A DNA stretch of 64,000 nt from Hyphomicrobiaceae bacterium. GTDB taxonomy: Bacteria; Pseudomonadota; Alphaproteobacteria; Rhizobiales; Hyphomicrobiaceae. Below, piece after piece: positions 33,443 to 40,973 of the stretch. Location of the stretch: NCBI GenBank assembly GCA_008933705.1, contig WBUN01000013.1, positions 25,793 to 89,792 on the forward strand. Direction: 5' to 3'. A program made the translations under genes and the position numbers. The notes under the pieces are model-generated. The model made no database searches. It was not told where the DNA came from and saw only the letters and a list, made by a program, of their open reading frames with translations. Every line of letters starts with the position of its first letter. Within the stretch, counting starts at the first letter, position 1.

Positions 33443-33802
33443 TCAATGGGGATCAGAGCGATTGGGTGTTTGCGCTGCGGCCTGCAGCATGTCCGCGAGC
33501 AGGCATGCAACCAATACTATCTCGCTTACTGTCTCGATGGCTACGTCATCGTTTCGAACGAGATGCCGCGCATCGCGATCAAGGTAGTCGAGAAACTGCT
33601 GATCTGCCGGTGCAGGCAGACGGGCACAGAGGTTCGCAATGAGTGAGATCAGCACGGCCCGTTCGCCCGCCGCAGCGGAGCGCAGCAGGATGGCTTCGCC
33701 AGCGGTGCGGAGCTTTTCGAGCGCGGCTCGGATGGTCTCGGCCTTGGTCTTGTCGAGGACAATCTCGTGCATCCGGTCCGTGAGGTCTGGGGCGTCGGGC
33801 AT
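33443..33802 (-). CDS. hypothetical protein (119 aa)
   Basis: CCTAGGAGATACCCTG-ATG. Helical composition. The C-terminal end overlaps the 33382 plus-strand start. Confidence 0.55.
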   Translation of the reverse strand: MPDAPDLTDRMHEIVLDKTKAETIRAALEKLRTAGEAILLRSAAAGERAVLISLIANLCARLPAPADQQFLDYLDRDARHLVRNDDVAIETVSEIVLVACLLADMLQAAAQTPNRSDPH

Positions 33803-33840
33803 CAGGGTATCTCCTAGGGGTTGGTTGCTTTCGCAAGGGC

Positions 33841-33931
33841 CATCCTAGGTGATTCGGGCGGGTGCTGAAGTTCGGCACCCGCCCGATTGGAGAGCCGGCG
33901 GAGACCGTTGCTCCCGCCGGCGTTTGTTCCA
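33841..33931. repeat. ~91-nt intergenic repeat with two hairpins, copy 2
   Basis: 11-bp perfect stem 33855-33865/33875-33885. A partial third copy lies at about 33296-33336. Confidence 0.85.
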
Positions 33932-33939
33932 GGTAGCGT

Positions 33940-34830
33940 CGTGGCGTTGTGTCCGTGCCCGTTCGTCAGCACGCGTGCGACGTGTCCGGAGCAGCCCTCT
34001 ACCCCAGGGCTGCCGAGGAAGGCGCTGCAACCGCCTGGGCCTTGCCAGCCCGCGTAAGCGTCGCACGCGTGGTGCCGAAGGGCACCGCTGCGATTGCCTG
34101 GGCCAACTGGGGGGAGGTGCATCGCTTCCTGCACCTCTCTCCGGTCCGGGCGGGAGAATTCCTAGCGGCTCCGCGTTCCGCCGAACCCTGGGCTGGGTAA
34201 GGCAGGTGTCTAAGGCGCGGAAGCCGGCGTGCCCCGGGCGAACGGGGACGGAGGCGCGAGGATGGCCACGCCCTCGCGCCTCCGACAGGCAGCACGTTCG
34301 TGGATGGCCTAGGAGGTGAGAACCGTGATGGAAGAGACCGTAGACCGCCGCATCGAGGATGGGCCAGAGGCCATCCTGCCGCTCGCAAGGCTTTCTCGCG
34401 TGCAGCGATTTTGGCGAGCAGTCGCCCGGGCACTTCGGATCATCTGAGTAGCAGTGCGTAGCCCGGCGTCGGCGCCGGGCCGAGAGGGGCGTTCGCGCGC
34501 CTAAGGTCATCGTCGCTTCCAACGACGAGGGCCGCATCTCGGCCCAGCCCTGCCGCAAGGCAGAGCGGATGAAGGAATAACCCGCGGGAGCTCCGGCACG
34601 GCTCGCAAGGCCTCCGGCACCAGAGAGGGACGGCGCGGTCGCGTTACGCCGTAGGGGTTCAGCCCGGCTCCCCTCACCGCAGTGTGCGTGCATCGGCGTA
34701 CGCCGCAGAGGGGCTGCGCACCCCTTTGCGGCGAACGGTGACGCATACCCAAAGCGCAGCCGATCGCCGGGGCCTGTCCGGCGCTGAATGGACTTGCCGG
34801 AGCTCAGCGGCTCCGGCGCTGGGGGTTCAC
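33940..34830 (+). ncRNA. candidate large structured RNA / ORF-poor hairpin-dense segment
   Basis: No credible CDS; the only long ORFs are R/P/A-rich. There are more than 10 strong helices, e.g. 33970-33982/34059-34071 (13 bp, long-range), 34249-34261/34272-34284 (13 bp), 34461-34480, and 34550-34563 with a GCAA loop. A promoter-like GTAGCGT motif lies at 33933. Confidence 0.4.
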
Positions 34831-35385
34831 ATGGACGTCAGTACAAGCACGGTTGCCCTTCTGATGGGCTTCTTCGGCTTTCGGTCGCGGCGCGTCGCGG
34901 ACAAGGTGCGCGCCGGCGCTCAAAGCCGCCACCTGCTCCCGTCTCCCGACATGGCGCCGACTCCGGTCCGGCCAGCTGCCGGCGATCGGCCGGCGTGCCG
35001 TCTGCCCGACCTGCCGCCACGCGAGATGGCCAGGCTCCACGCCGAGCACCTGCTCGCGTGGCTGCTCGATGCGGCCGAGTTCGAGCCGGGCACAGTCATG
35101 GATGCCGGCGAAATGACGCTGACCTACCTGCTGCTGTGCGAGCGCAATGGCTGGAAGGCGCGGCCCTGGAATTCGGTGGCGGTCACCATGAACCGCGCGC
35201 TGGGCGGCAAGCGCTACATGCGGCGCGCGGACCGCCAGGGCATCGAGACACAGGTGCGGGTCTACATCGTCCCGCCTCTCAATCACCGGCTGCGCAAGCC
35301 GAGGAAACCCAAGGCCGATCGCAAGCCGGCGCCACAGGGACTCCAAGGCGGCATGCGGTCGGCAGAGCTCGGGAGGGCCGCATGA
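34831..35385 (+). CDS. hypothetical protein (184 aa)
   Basis: ATG after a hairpin and GGGGG. Basic C-terminus. First gene of a run of ATGA-coupled genes. Confidence 0.55.
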   Translation: MDVSTSTVALLMGFFGFRSRRVADKVRAGAQSRHLLPSPDMAPTPVRPAAGDRPACRLPDLPPREMARLHAEHLLAWLLDAAEFEPGTVMDAGEMTLTYLLLCERNGWKARPWNSVAVTMNRALGGKRYMRRADRQGIETQVRVYIVPPLNHRLRKPRKPKADRKPAPQGLQGGMRSAELGRAA

Positions 35386-35798
35386 CCGTCCGTCTCAAGG
35401 TGGCGATGCTCATCGGAGCCATCTGCGTCGGCGGGGCTGGCGCGATCGCCGTCAAGCTGACGGCGCCAGAACAGCCGAACGCGATGCAGGCCGCCCTCAG
35501 CCTGGCGGTCGCCGACCACCTGTCCCAATCCAGAGCCAGGCTTTGGTCGGGGCGCACGCGCATGGCTCTCTACGGTGGCGCGGAGGACCTCGACGGCCGG
35601 TTCATCGTGTGGGGGGAGCTGTTCGGTCCCGAGGACGACGGTGTGCGCCGGCGCGCGCACCTGCAGGCGCTGCTCTCCCGCGTGTGCGACGACGTCGTTG
35701 CGCACTGCTTCAGCATCGCGCACGTGCTGGTCGATGGGGTGCCCCTTCCGAGCTCCCCGCCCGAGCCTGCCTCCGAGCTGCGCGGAGGCAGCCTATGA
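35382..35798 (+). CDS. hypothetical protein with N-terminal TM (138 aa)
   Basis: ATGA overlap. MTVRLKVAMLIGAICVGGAGAIAV. Confidence 0.55.
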   Translation: MTVRLKVAMLIGAICVGGAGAIAVKLTAPEQPNAMQAALSLAVADHLSQSRARLWSGRTRMALYGGAEDLDGRFIVWGELFGPEDDGVRRRAHLQALLSRVCDDVVAHCFSIAHVLVDGVPLPSSPPEPASELRGGSL

Positions 35799-35914
35799 CC
35801 AGGTCGGACAAGGCGCTGTTCTGGGTCGTGCACATCGGCGCCTCGCCGCTGGCGATCGGCGGCGTCCTCACCGCCGGCTTCCTCGCTCTGGTGCTTGCGG
35901 AGGCGCTGCGATGA
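35795..35914 (+). CDS. small membrane protein (39 aa)
   Basis: ATGA overlaps on both sides. ALFWVVHIGASPLAIGGVLTAGFLALVLA. Confidence 0.4.
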   Translation: MTRSDKALFWVVHIGASPLAIGGVLTAGFLALVLAEALR

Positions 35915-36327
35915 CGGGATCGGCAGCAGTGCTGGCCAAATCGGCCCAGACGTCGGCGGACGGTGGGTTACGCAACCTGCTGCGCAGCCGGATGAGCGAG
36001 AGCGAGATCCATCACGCCGTGGTCGCGCATCTGGCGCATCGATGTGCAGCCAACGTGTTCTGGACGCACATTCCCGCCGGCGAGCTGCGGCCCAGGGGCG
36101 TCGGCGGCAAGATCAAGGGCATGGGCCTCAAGCCCGGGGTGCCGGACATCCTGCTGGTGATCGGCGGGCGCGCGCACTTCCTCGAGCTCAAGAAGACCGA
36201 CGGCCGGCTGAGCGACAGCCAGAAGGCCGCCATCTCCGACCTGCAACGCGCGGGCGCCGCGGTGGCCGTTGCCTTCGGGCTCGATGCCGCCATCGCGCAG
36301 CTCGAAGCCTGGGGAGCCCTGCGATGA
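35911..36327 (+). CDS. VRR-NUC domain nuclease
   Basis: GVPDILLVIGGRAHFLELKKTDGRLSDSQK matches the VRR-NUC D-ExK core. Confidence 0.75.
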   Translation: MTGSAAVLAKSAQTSADGGLRNLLRSRMSESEIHHAVVAHLAHRCAANVFWTHIPAGELRPRGVGGKIKGMGLKPGVPDILLVIGGRAHFLELKKTDGRLSDSQKAAISDLQRAGAAVAVAFGLDAAIAQLEAWGALR

Positions 36328-36578
36328 GCCTGAAGCACGACCACGACAATCCCGACGTGATGCTGCGCTGCCTTTGGCTGGCGGGTCGGCCGGCGTCCTT
36401 CATCCGTGATGTGACGGGCCTCGGCGTGGGCGCGCTGGGGGCGCGCTGCGCGCTCCTCGGCCTGCCGGTGCGCGACCACAGGATGCGGCCTGTGATGGGC
36501 GTGCCGTGCGGCGCCCTGCCGAGGCTCGGCATCGACGCGTGGGTGCACCACCGACGAGGAGCGAAGGCCATGACGTAG
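36324..36578 (+). CDS. GcrA-like N-terminal-domain protein (84 aa)
   Basis: DVMLRCLWLAGRPASFIRDVTGLGVGALGARCALLGLPVRD resembles the GcrA DNA-binding domain (W..G.SA..IA..LG...NAV.GK..RLGL). Confidence 0.5.
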   Translation: MSLKHDHDNPDVMLRCLWLAGRPASFIRDVTGLGVGALGARCALLGLPVRDHRMRPVMGVPCGALPRLGIDAWVHHRRGAKAMT

Positions 36579-36780
36579 CCAGAAACGCTGAGACCTCAGA
36601 GCGGTGCCTCCGAGGTCTCGAGAGATAGATCGCGCAGATCTGAAGGTGCGTCGCTCCGTCGGAGCGAGTGCCGGGCGGAGCGTTGTCCGGACGTGCGTTT
36701 GTCCGGGTACCGCGTTTCTAACACCAGCCGAGTCGTCGAGCAAGCATCGGCCACTCGGCACCTGTGGATCGAGGAAAACC

Positions 36781-37809
36781 ATGAGCGGGAAACCGAAGAC
36801 CGCCGGCGAGGATCGGACGATCCTTCGCGTGGCATTCCGCAACAACCGGCCTTACTCGCAGCTGGGCAACGCGATGATCCGCGACAATCGCCTCAGCCCC
36901 GAGGCGGTCGGCATCCTCGTGTTCATCCTGAGCTATCCCGACAACTGGCACTTCAGCCTGGCGTGGCTGTGTCGCACGCGCAACGTTGGCAGGGACCGCG
37001 CCTATCGCATCATCAAAGAGCTCGTCGAATTCGGCTACTGCACCCGGTTCCGGGCCAGGAAAGAGGATGGAACGCTAGGGGCTTACGAGTACGTCTTCAC
37101 GGATGAGCCGGAGGGGGCAACGCCACCACTTCCTGAAAACCCGGAAGTGGATGAAGAAGGGGCGCCGAAGCCAACCACTTCCTGGAAACCAGTAACTGGT
37201 CAGCCAGATCTGGCAATCAGGACACCTACAAAGAATGTCAGTCCTACAAAGAAGGTAACAAACAGAAAGGCGCGACGATTTTTTGAAGTGCCTTCGGGGA
37301 CTGACTTTGCTGCCGACCTCCTCGCGGCGGCGCAAGCGGCGCGCGCCGCTGGCTTGGCGAGAGGTGCGAGCGGCGAGCGCCTGCCCTTCACGCCGGCGGT
37401 GCTGACGGAGCTGGTGCAACTCGGTATCGACGTGGAGGCGCTGGTACGGCGCTACGCCGAGAAGACCAAGGGCCGTCGCATCGCGGATCCGAGCGCCTAC
37501 CTGCTGCGCATGGGCCGCGACGAAGCGGCGAAGATGCATGGCGTCACCGCCGAGGCGCTGACGAAGATCGCCACCCGCAACAGATCGGCCCGCAAGCACG
37601 CGATGGCTGCCGCGGTCGGCGCCTGCGCCGAGCCGTCCAAGATCATCCTGCGGGGGTTCATCCGGCGCGCGAAGGTTCGCGGCGACGACCCGGACGCATT
37701 GCTGAGGCGGTGGCGACAGGCGATCGGCGGCCAGGCGTTCCGCTCGACGGGCGAGGCCGACCGCAGCCTGAGCTTGTTCGAGGCGAGCCATCGTGAGGCC
37801 GCGCGATGA
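36781..37809 (+). CDS. phage replication initiator-like protein (N-terminal wHTH)
   Basis: GAGGAAAACC-ATG. The N-terminal third (NAMIRDNRLSPEAVGILVFILSYPDNWHFSLAWL...AYRIIKELVEFGY) is typical of phage/plasmid Rep or O-like HTH proteins. Confidence 0.65.
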   Translation: MSGKPKTAGEDRTILRVAFRNNRPYSQLGNAMIRDNRLSPEAVGILVFILSYPDNWHFSLAWLCRTRNVGRDRAYRIIKELVEFGYCTRFRARKEDGTLGAYEYVFTDEPEGATPPLPENPEVDEEGAPKPTTSWKPVTGQPDLAIRTPTKNVSPTKKVTNRKARRFFEVPSGTDFAADLLAAAQAARAAGLARGASGERLPFTPAVLTELVQLGIDVEALVRRYAEKTKGRRIADPSAYLLRMGRDEAAKMHGVTAEALTKIATRNRSARKHAMAAAVGACAEPSKIILRGFIRRAKVRGDDPDALLRRWRQAIGGQAFRSTGEADRSLSLFEASHREAAR

Positions 37810-38168
37810 ACGTCACGGCCCTCGAGATCGCAGCCATGTGCGCCCGCCACTTCGGCGTCAGCCCGCGCGCGCTGGCGTTCGGCGAGCCGTCGGTGATCTG
37901 GGGCCATGCCGACGAGGCGCGGGCGGTGGCGATCCACCTGATCCGCCGCAGAACGGCGACGCCGTGCCAGGTCATCGCCAACCTGTTCGGCGTTGGCGCC
38001 AGCAGCAACCGCTTCGCGCTCATCGAAGCGATCGATCGACAGACATCAGGGCGGGCGCGTACGGACGACCTGCTGCTCGCCGCCATCGTCCAGATCGGCT
38101 GCCAGATCCGCGCCCTGCACGAGGTGCGGGAGCGCGCCGATCCGGCCATCCCAGGGAGAGCCGCATGA
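37806..38168 (+). CDS. DnaA domain-IV-like HTH protein (120 aa)
   Basis: EARAVAIHLIRRRTATPCQVIANLFG resembles the DnaA C-terminal DNA-binding helix pattern. Confidence 0.5.
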   Translation: MNVTALEIAAMCARHFGVSPRALAFGEPSVIWGHADEARAVAIHLIRRRTATPCQVIANLFGVGASSNRFALIEAIDRQTSGRARTDDLLLAAIVQIGCQIRALHEVRERADPAIPGRAA

Positions 38169-38833
38169 AGAAATTCGAGGAGAACATCCGGGCGACGCTG
38201 GATGAGGAAATCCGGGCGATCTTCTGCCTGGTCGCCATCATCGCGGGCTTGTCGGCGGAGCAGGTGTTTGGACGATCGAAGGCGAAGCATGTCACCGCCG
38301 TGCGGCAGCTCGCCATGCTCATCGCCCACCGGTGGACCGGGGCCAGCCTGGTGGCGGTGGGCGGGGTGAGCGACCGCGATCATACGACGGTCCTGTTTGG
38401 CATCCGCGCCGCCACCGCACGGATGGAGTCGCATCCGGAATTCCAGGTGCTGACCGATCGCGTCCTGGCGCTGCTCGAGGCCGGCGGCAAGCCCAAGGCG
38501 ATCGCGGAGCAGGCCGAGGAGGAGGCGCGCCAGCAACGCAAGGAATGGGCGAGCCGCGCTGAGACCGTTCTGGCGGTTGAGCATTTCAACCTGCGGCAGG
38601 CCGAGCGCCGGCGGCGGATGCGAGAGGCCAGGCGCGCCGCGGCCAAGATGGCGGCCAGCGCCGCTCTCGATGAACGGAAACGCGTCCGTGCGGCCGCGGC
38701 GGTCGAGGCCGACGTGCCGTTTGCCGAGAGGGGCCCGCTCACGAGGCAATTGGGCTTCGAGGTGCAGAACGCGATGTTCTGCGAGGCCATGCGAGCGGCC
38801 GGCTACCCGCAGAAGCCGGCGAGCAAGACCTAG
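38165..38833 (+). CDS. DnaA domain-IV-like HTH protein (222 aa)
   Basis: GRSKAKHVTAVRQLAMLIAHRWTGASLVAVGGVSDRDHTTVLFGIR matches DnaA domain IV (R...ARQ.AMYL....T..S...IG..FG.RDHTTV). Confidence 0.6.
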   Translation: MKKFEENIRATLDEEIRAIFCLVAIIAGLSAEQVFGRSKAKHVTAVRQLAMLIAHRWTGASLVAVGGVSDRDHTTVLFGIRAATARMESHPEFQVLTDRVLALLEAGGKPKAIAEQAEEEARQQRKEWASRAETVLAVEHFNLRQAERRRRMREARRAAAKMAASAALDERKRVRAAAAVEADVPFAERGPLTRQLGFEVQNAMFCEAMRAAGYPQKPASKT

Positions 38834-38898
38834 CGTGCAGTCCATCCGGTAGCGTCTGTTGCGTCTGCGTTCCCACAACTCCCACTTCGAGGGACGCA

Positions 38899-40872
38899 AT
38901 GCACGCGCCTGCCATCGCCATCAAGACCTATCGCCACGGCCACATCTTCTGCGGCCTCGGCGGCGGCGCCCGCGGCTTCAACCGCGGCAAGGCCCGCGTC
39001 GGCAATATCGAGGCGCGCTTCGAGTGCGCCGGCGGCATCGACAGCGACCCGGCGGCGCTGGCCGACTTCGAGCGCCTGGCCGGCGTGCCCGGCACGCAGA
39101 TGGACCTGTTCTCGCGCGAGCAGTACATCGCCTTCCACGGCCACGAGCCGCCGAAGGGCTGGCGCGAGGCAGCACCGGCCAACGTCCGCGCCGCGCTGGG
39201 CCACCTCGACATCGCCTTCACCTCTTCGCCATGTAAGGGCTTCTCGGGGCTGCTCTCCGAGACGGCCTCGCGCATGGCTAAGTACCAGGCGCTGAACGGC
39301 CTCACGCTGCGCGGCGTTTGGCTGCTGCTGGAGGCCTACAAGGATGATCCGATCAAGCTGATCCTGTTCGAGAACGTGCCGCGCATCGCCACGCGCGGCC
39401 GCCACCTGCTCGATCAGATCATCGCCCTGCTACGCGCCTACGGCTACGCGGTCGCCGAGACGACGCACGACTGCGGCGAGCTCGGCGGCCTGGCGCAGAG
39501 CCGCAAGCGCTTCCTGCTGGTCGCCCGCCATGCCGCGTTGGTGCCCCCGTTCCTGTACGAGCCGCCGAAGATGCGTCTGCGCGGCGTCGGCGAGGTGCTG
39601 GAGCGCCTGCCGGTGCCCGGGCCCGGGACCACGCTACCCATGCACCGCATGCCGGCCCTGCAGTGGCGCACGTGGGTGCGGCTCGCCTTCGTCGAGGCCG
39701 GCAGCGACTGGCGCTCGCTCAACAAGCTTGCCGTCGAGAACGGCTTCCTGCGCGACTATGGCATTGCGCCGGGCTGCAACTGGAATTCGGACGTGCTCGG
39801 GGTACGCCGCTGGGATGAGCCGAGCGGCACGGTGACGGGCAGAGCCGGGCCGATGAACGGTGCCTTCTCCGTTGCCGATCCGCGCGTCGATGGACACGAG
39901 AAATCGGTGCAGATGGGTGTCGGCACATGGGACCAACCCGCGGCCGTGATCAAGGGCGACGTGTCCGTCGGCACCGGGCGCTACGCGGTGGCAGATCCCA
40001 GGATCCCGGGCAAGCCGCGCTTCAACACCACCTTTCGCATAGTGCGCTGGGGCGAGACTTCGCCCGCAGTGGCAGGACCTGGTGGTCCGGCCGGTGGGTT
40101 GGCGGTGGCAGATCCACGCGCCGACGGCGGTTTCGGTGGCAAGGGGAAGTACCGCGTCACCGCCTATGATGAGCCGGCCGGCTCGGTCATCGGGGCCTCG
40201 ACCACGGGGCAGGGAGCATGCGCCGTTGCCGATCCGCGCACGGATTGGCCGGCCGGCACACACCAGAGCAAGCTTGCGGTGCAGGATTGGCAGGAGCCGT
40301 CCAAGACGGTGACGGGTTCCGATCGCGTCGGCTCGGGCGCGCTGAGCGTCGCCGACCCGCGGCCGCGCGCCCTAACGCGTGAGGACCGCGACGGCTATCT
40401 GACGCAAGGCCACTACGGCGTGGTGCCATGGGAGAAGCCGAGCGGCGCGGTCACGGCCAACGGGCAGCACGACAACGGGCGCTGGTCGGTGGCCGATCCG
40501 AGGCCGGCGGAGGGCGAGACGCTGCCCGGGCCGGACGATCGCCTGGTTGCCGTCATCATTGCCCGCGACGGCACCTGGCACCGGCCCTTCACGCTGCTGG
40601 AGCTGGTCTGCCTGCAGAGCCTCATCGATCCCGACGAGGTGGTCGACCTGCATGGCCAGTCTGAGAGCGCCAAGCGCGAGCGCGTGGGCAACGCCGTGCC
40701 GTCCGACAGTGCCGCGGCCATTGCCGGTGTGATGGGCCGCACGCTGCTGCTCGCCGAGCTAGGCGAGACCTTCATGCTGTCGGCCGAGCCGATCTGGGTG
40801 CGCCCGATGATCGCCGGCCTGATGGCGGCGATAGCGGAGGACTTGGAGACCTATGGGAGGGCGCACTCGTGA
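38899..40872 (+). CDS. DNA (cytosine-5) methyltransferase with expanded repeat-containing variable region
   Basis: Motif I FCGLGGG, IV SPCKGFS, VI ENVP, VIII QSRKRFLLVA, IX RPFTLLELVCLQS, X GNAVP. There are six VADPR-containing modules between VIII and IX. Confidence 0.9.
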   Translation: MHAPAIAIKTYRHGHIFCGLGGGARGFNRGKARVGNIEARFECAGGIDSDPAALADFERLAGVPGTQMDLFSREQYIAFHGHEPPKGWREAAPANVRAALGHLDIAFTSSPCKGFSGLLSETASRMAKYQALNGLTLRGVWLLLEAYKDDPIKLILFENVPRIATRGRHLLDQIIALLRAYGYAVAETTHDCGELGGLAQSRKRFLLVARHAALVPPFLYEPPKMRLRGVGEVLERLPVPGPGTTLPMHRMPALQWRTWVRLAFVEAGSDWRSLNKLAVENGFLRDYGIAPGCNWNSDVLGVRRWDEPSGTVTGRAGPMNGAFSVADPRVDGHEKSVQMGVGTWDQPAAVIKGDVSVGTGRYAVADPRIPGKPRFNTTFRIVRWGETSPAVAGPGGPAGGLAVADPRADGGFGGKGKYRVTAYDEPAGSVIGASTTGQGACAVADPRTDWPAGTHQSKLAVQDWQEPSKTVTGSDRVGSGALSVADPRPRALTREDRDGYLTQGHYGVVPWEKPSGAVTANGQHDNGRWSVADPRPAEGETLPGPDDRLVAVIIARDGTWHRPFTLLELVCLQSLIDPDEVVDLHGQSESAKRERVGNAVPSDSAAAIAGVMGRTLLLAELGETFMLSAEPIWVRPMIAGLMAAIAEDLETYGRAHS

Positions 40873-40973
40873 GGCCGAAACCCATATTGATGTCGCCTGC
40901 CATGGTCCGCGCTCTCGTCGAGGGCAAGAAGACGCAGACGCGGCGCCTCCTTAAGGCCGAGGTGCTGGCATGA
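40869..40973 (+). pseudogene. 34-codon fragment resembling the N-terminus of 'MVRA..G.KTQTRR' phage proteins
   Basis: GTGA overlap with the MTase and ATGA overlap with the next gene. SPAMVRALVEGKKTQTRRLLK normally opens 130-200-aa ASCH-like phage proteins. Confidence 0.3.

Noticed and set aside
33845-34693. 282-aa (minus), 156-aa (plus, 33849-34319) and 144-aa (minus) ORFs covering the structured segment
   Set aside because: They are extremely Arg/Pro/Ala/Gly-rich, with no start context and mixed GC3. They overlap one another in all frames. A high-GC non-coding sequence explains them better.
33940-34830. Group II intron, retron msr/msd, or IS-associated guide RNA as an explanation for the structured segment
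   Set aside because: No reverse transcriptase, IscB/TnpB or intron-encoded protein gene is adjacent. I could not recognise a domain V-like motif or an RNase P/tmRNA signature. The possibility stays open pending covariance-model searches.
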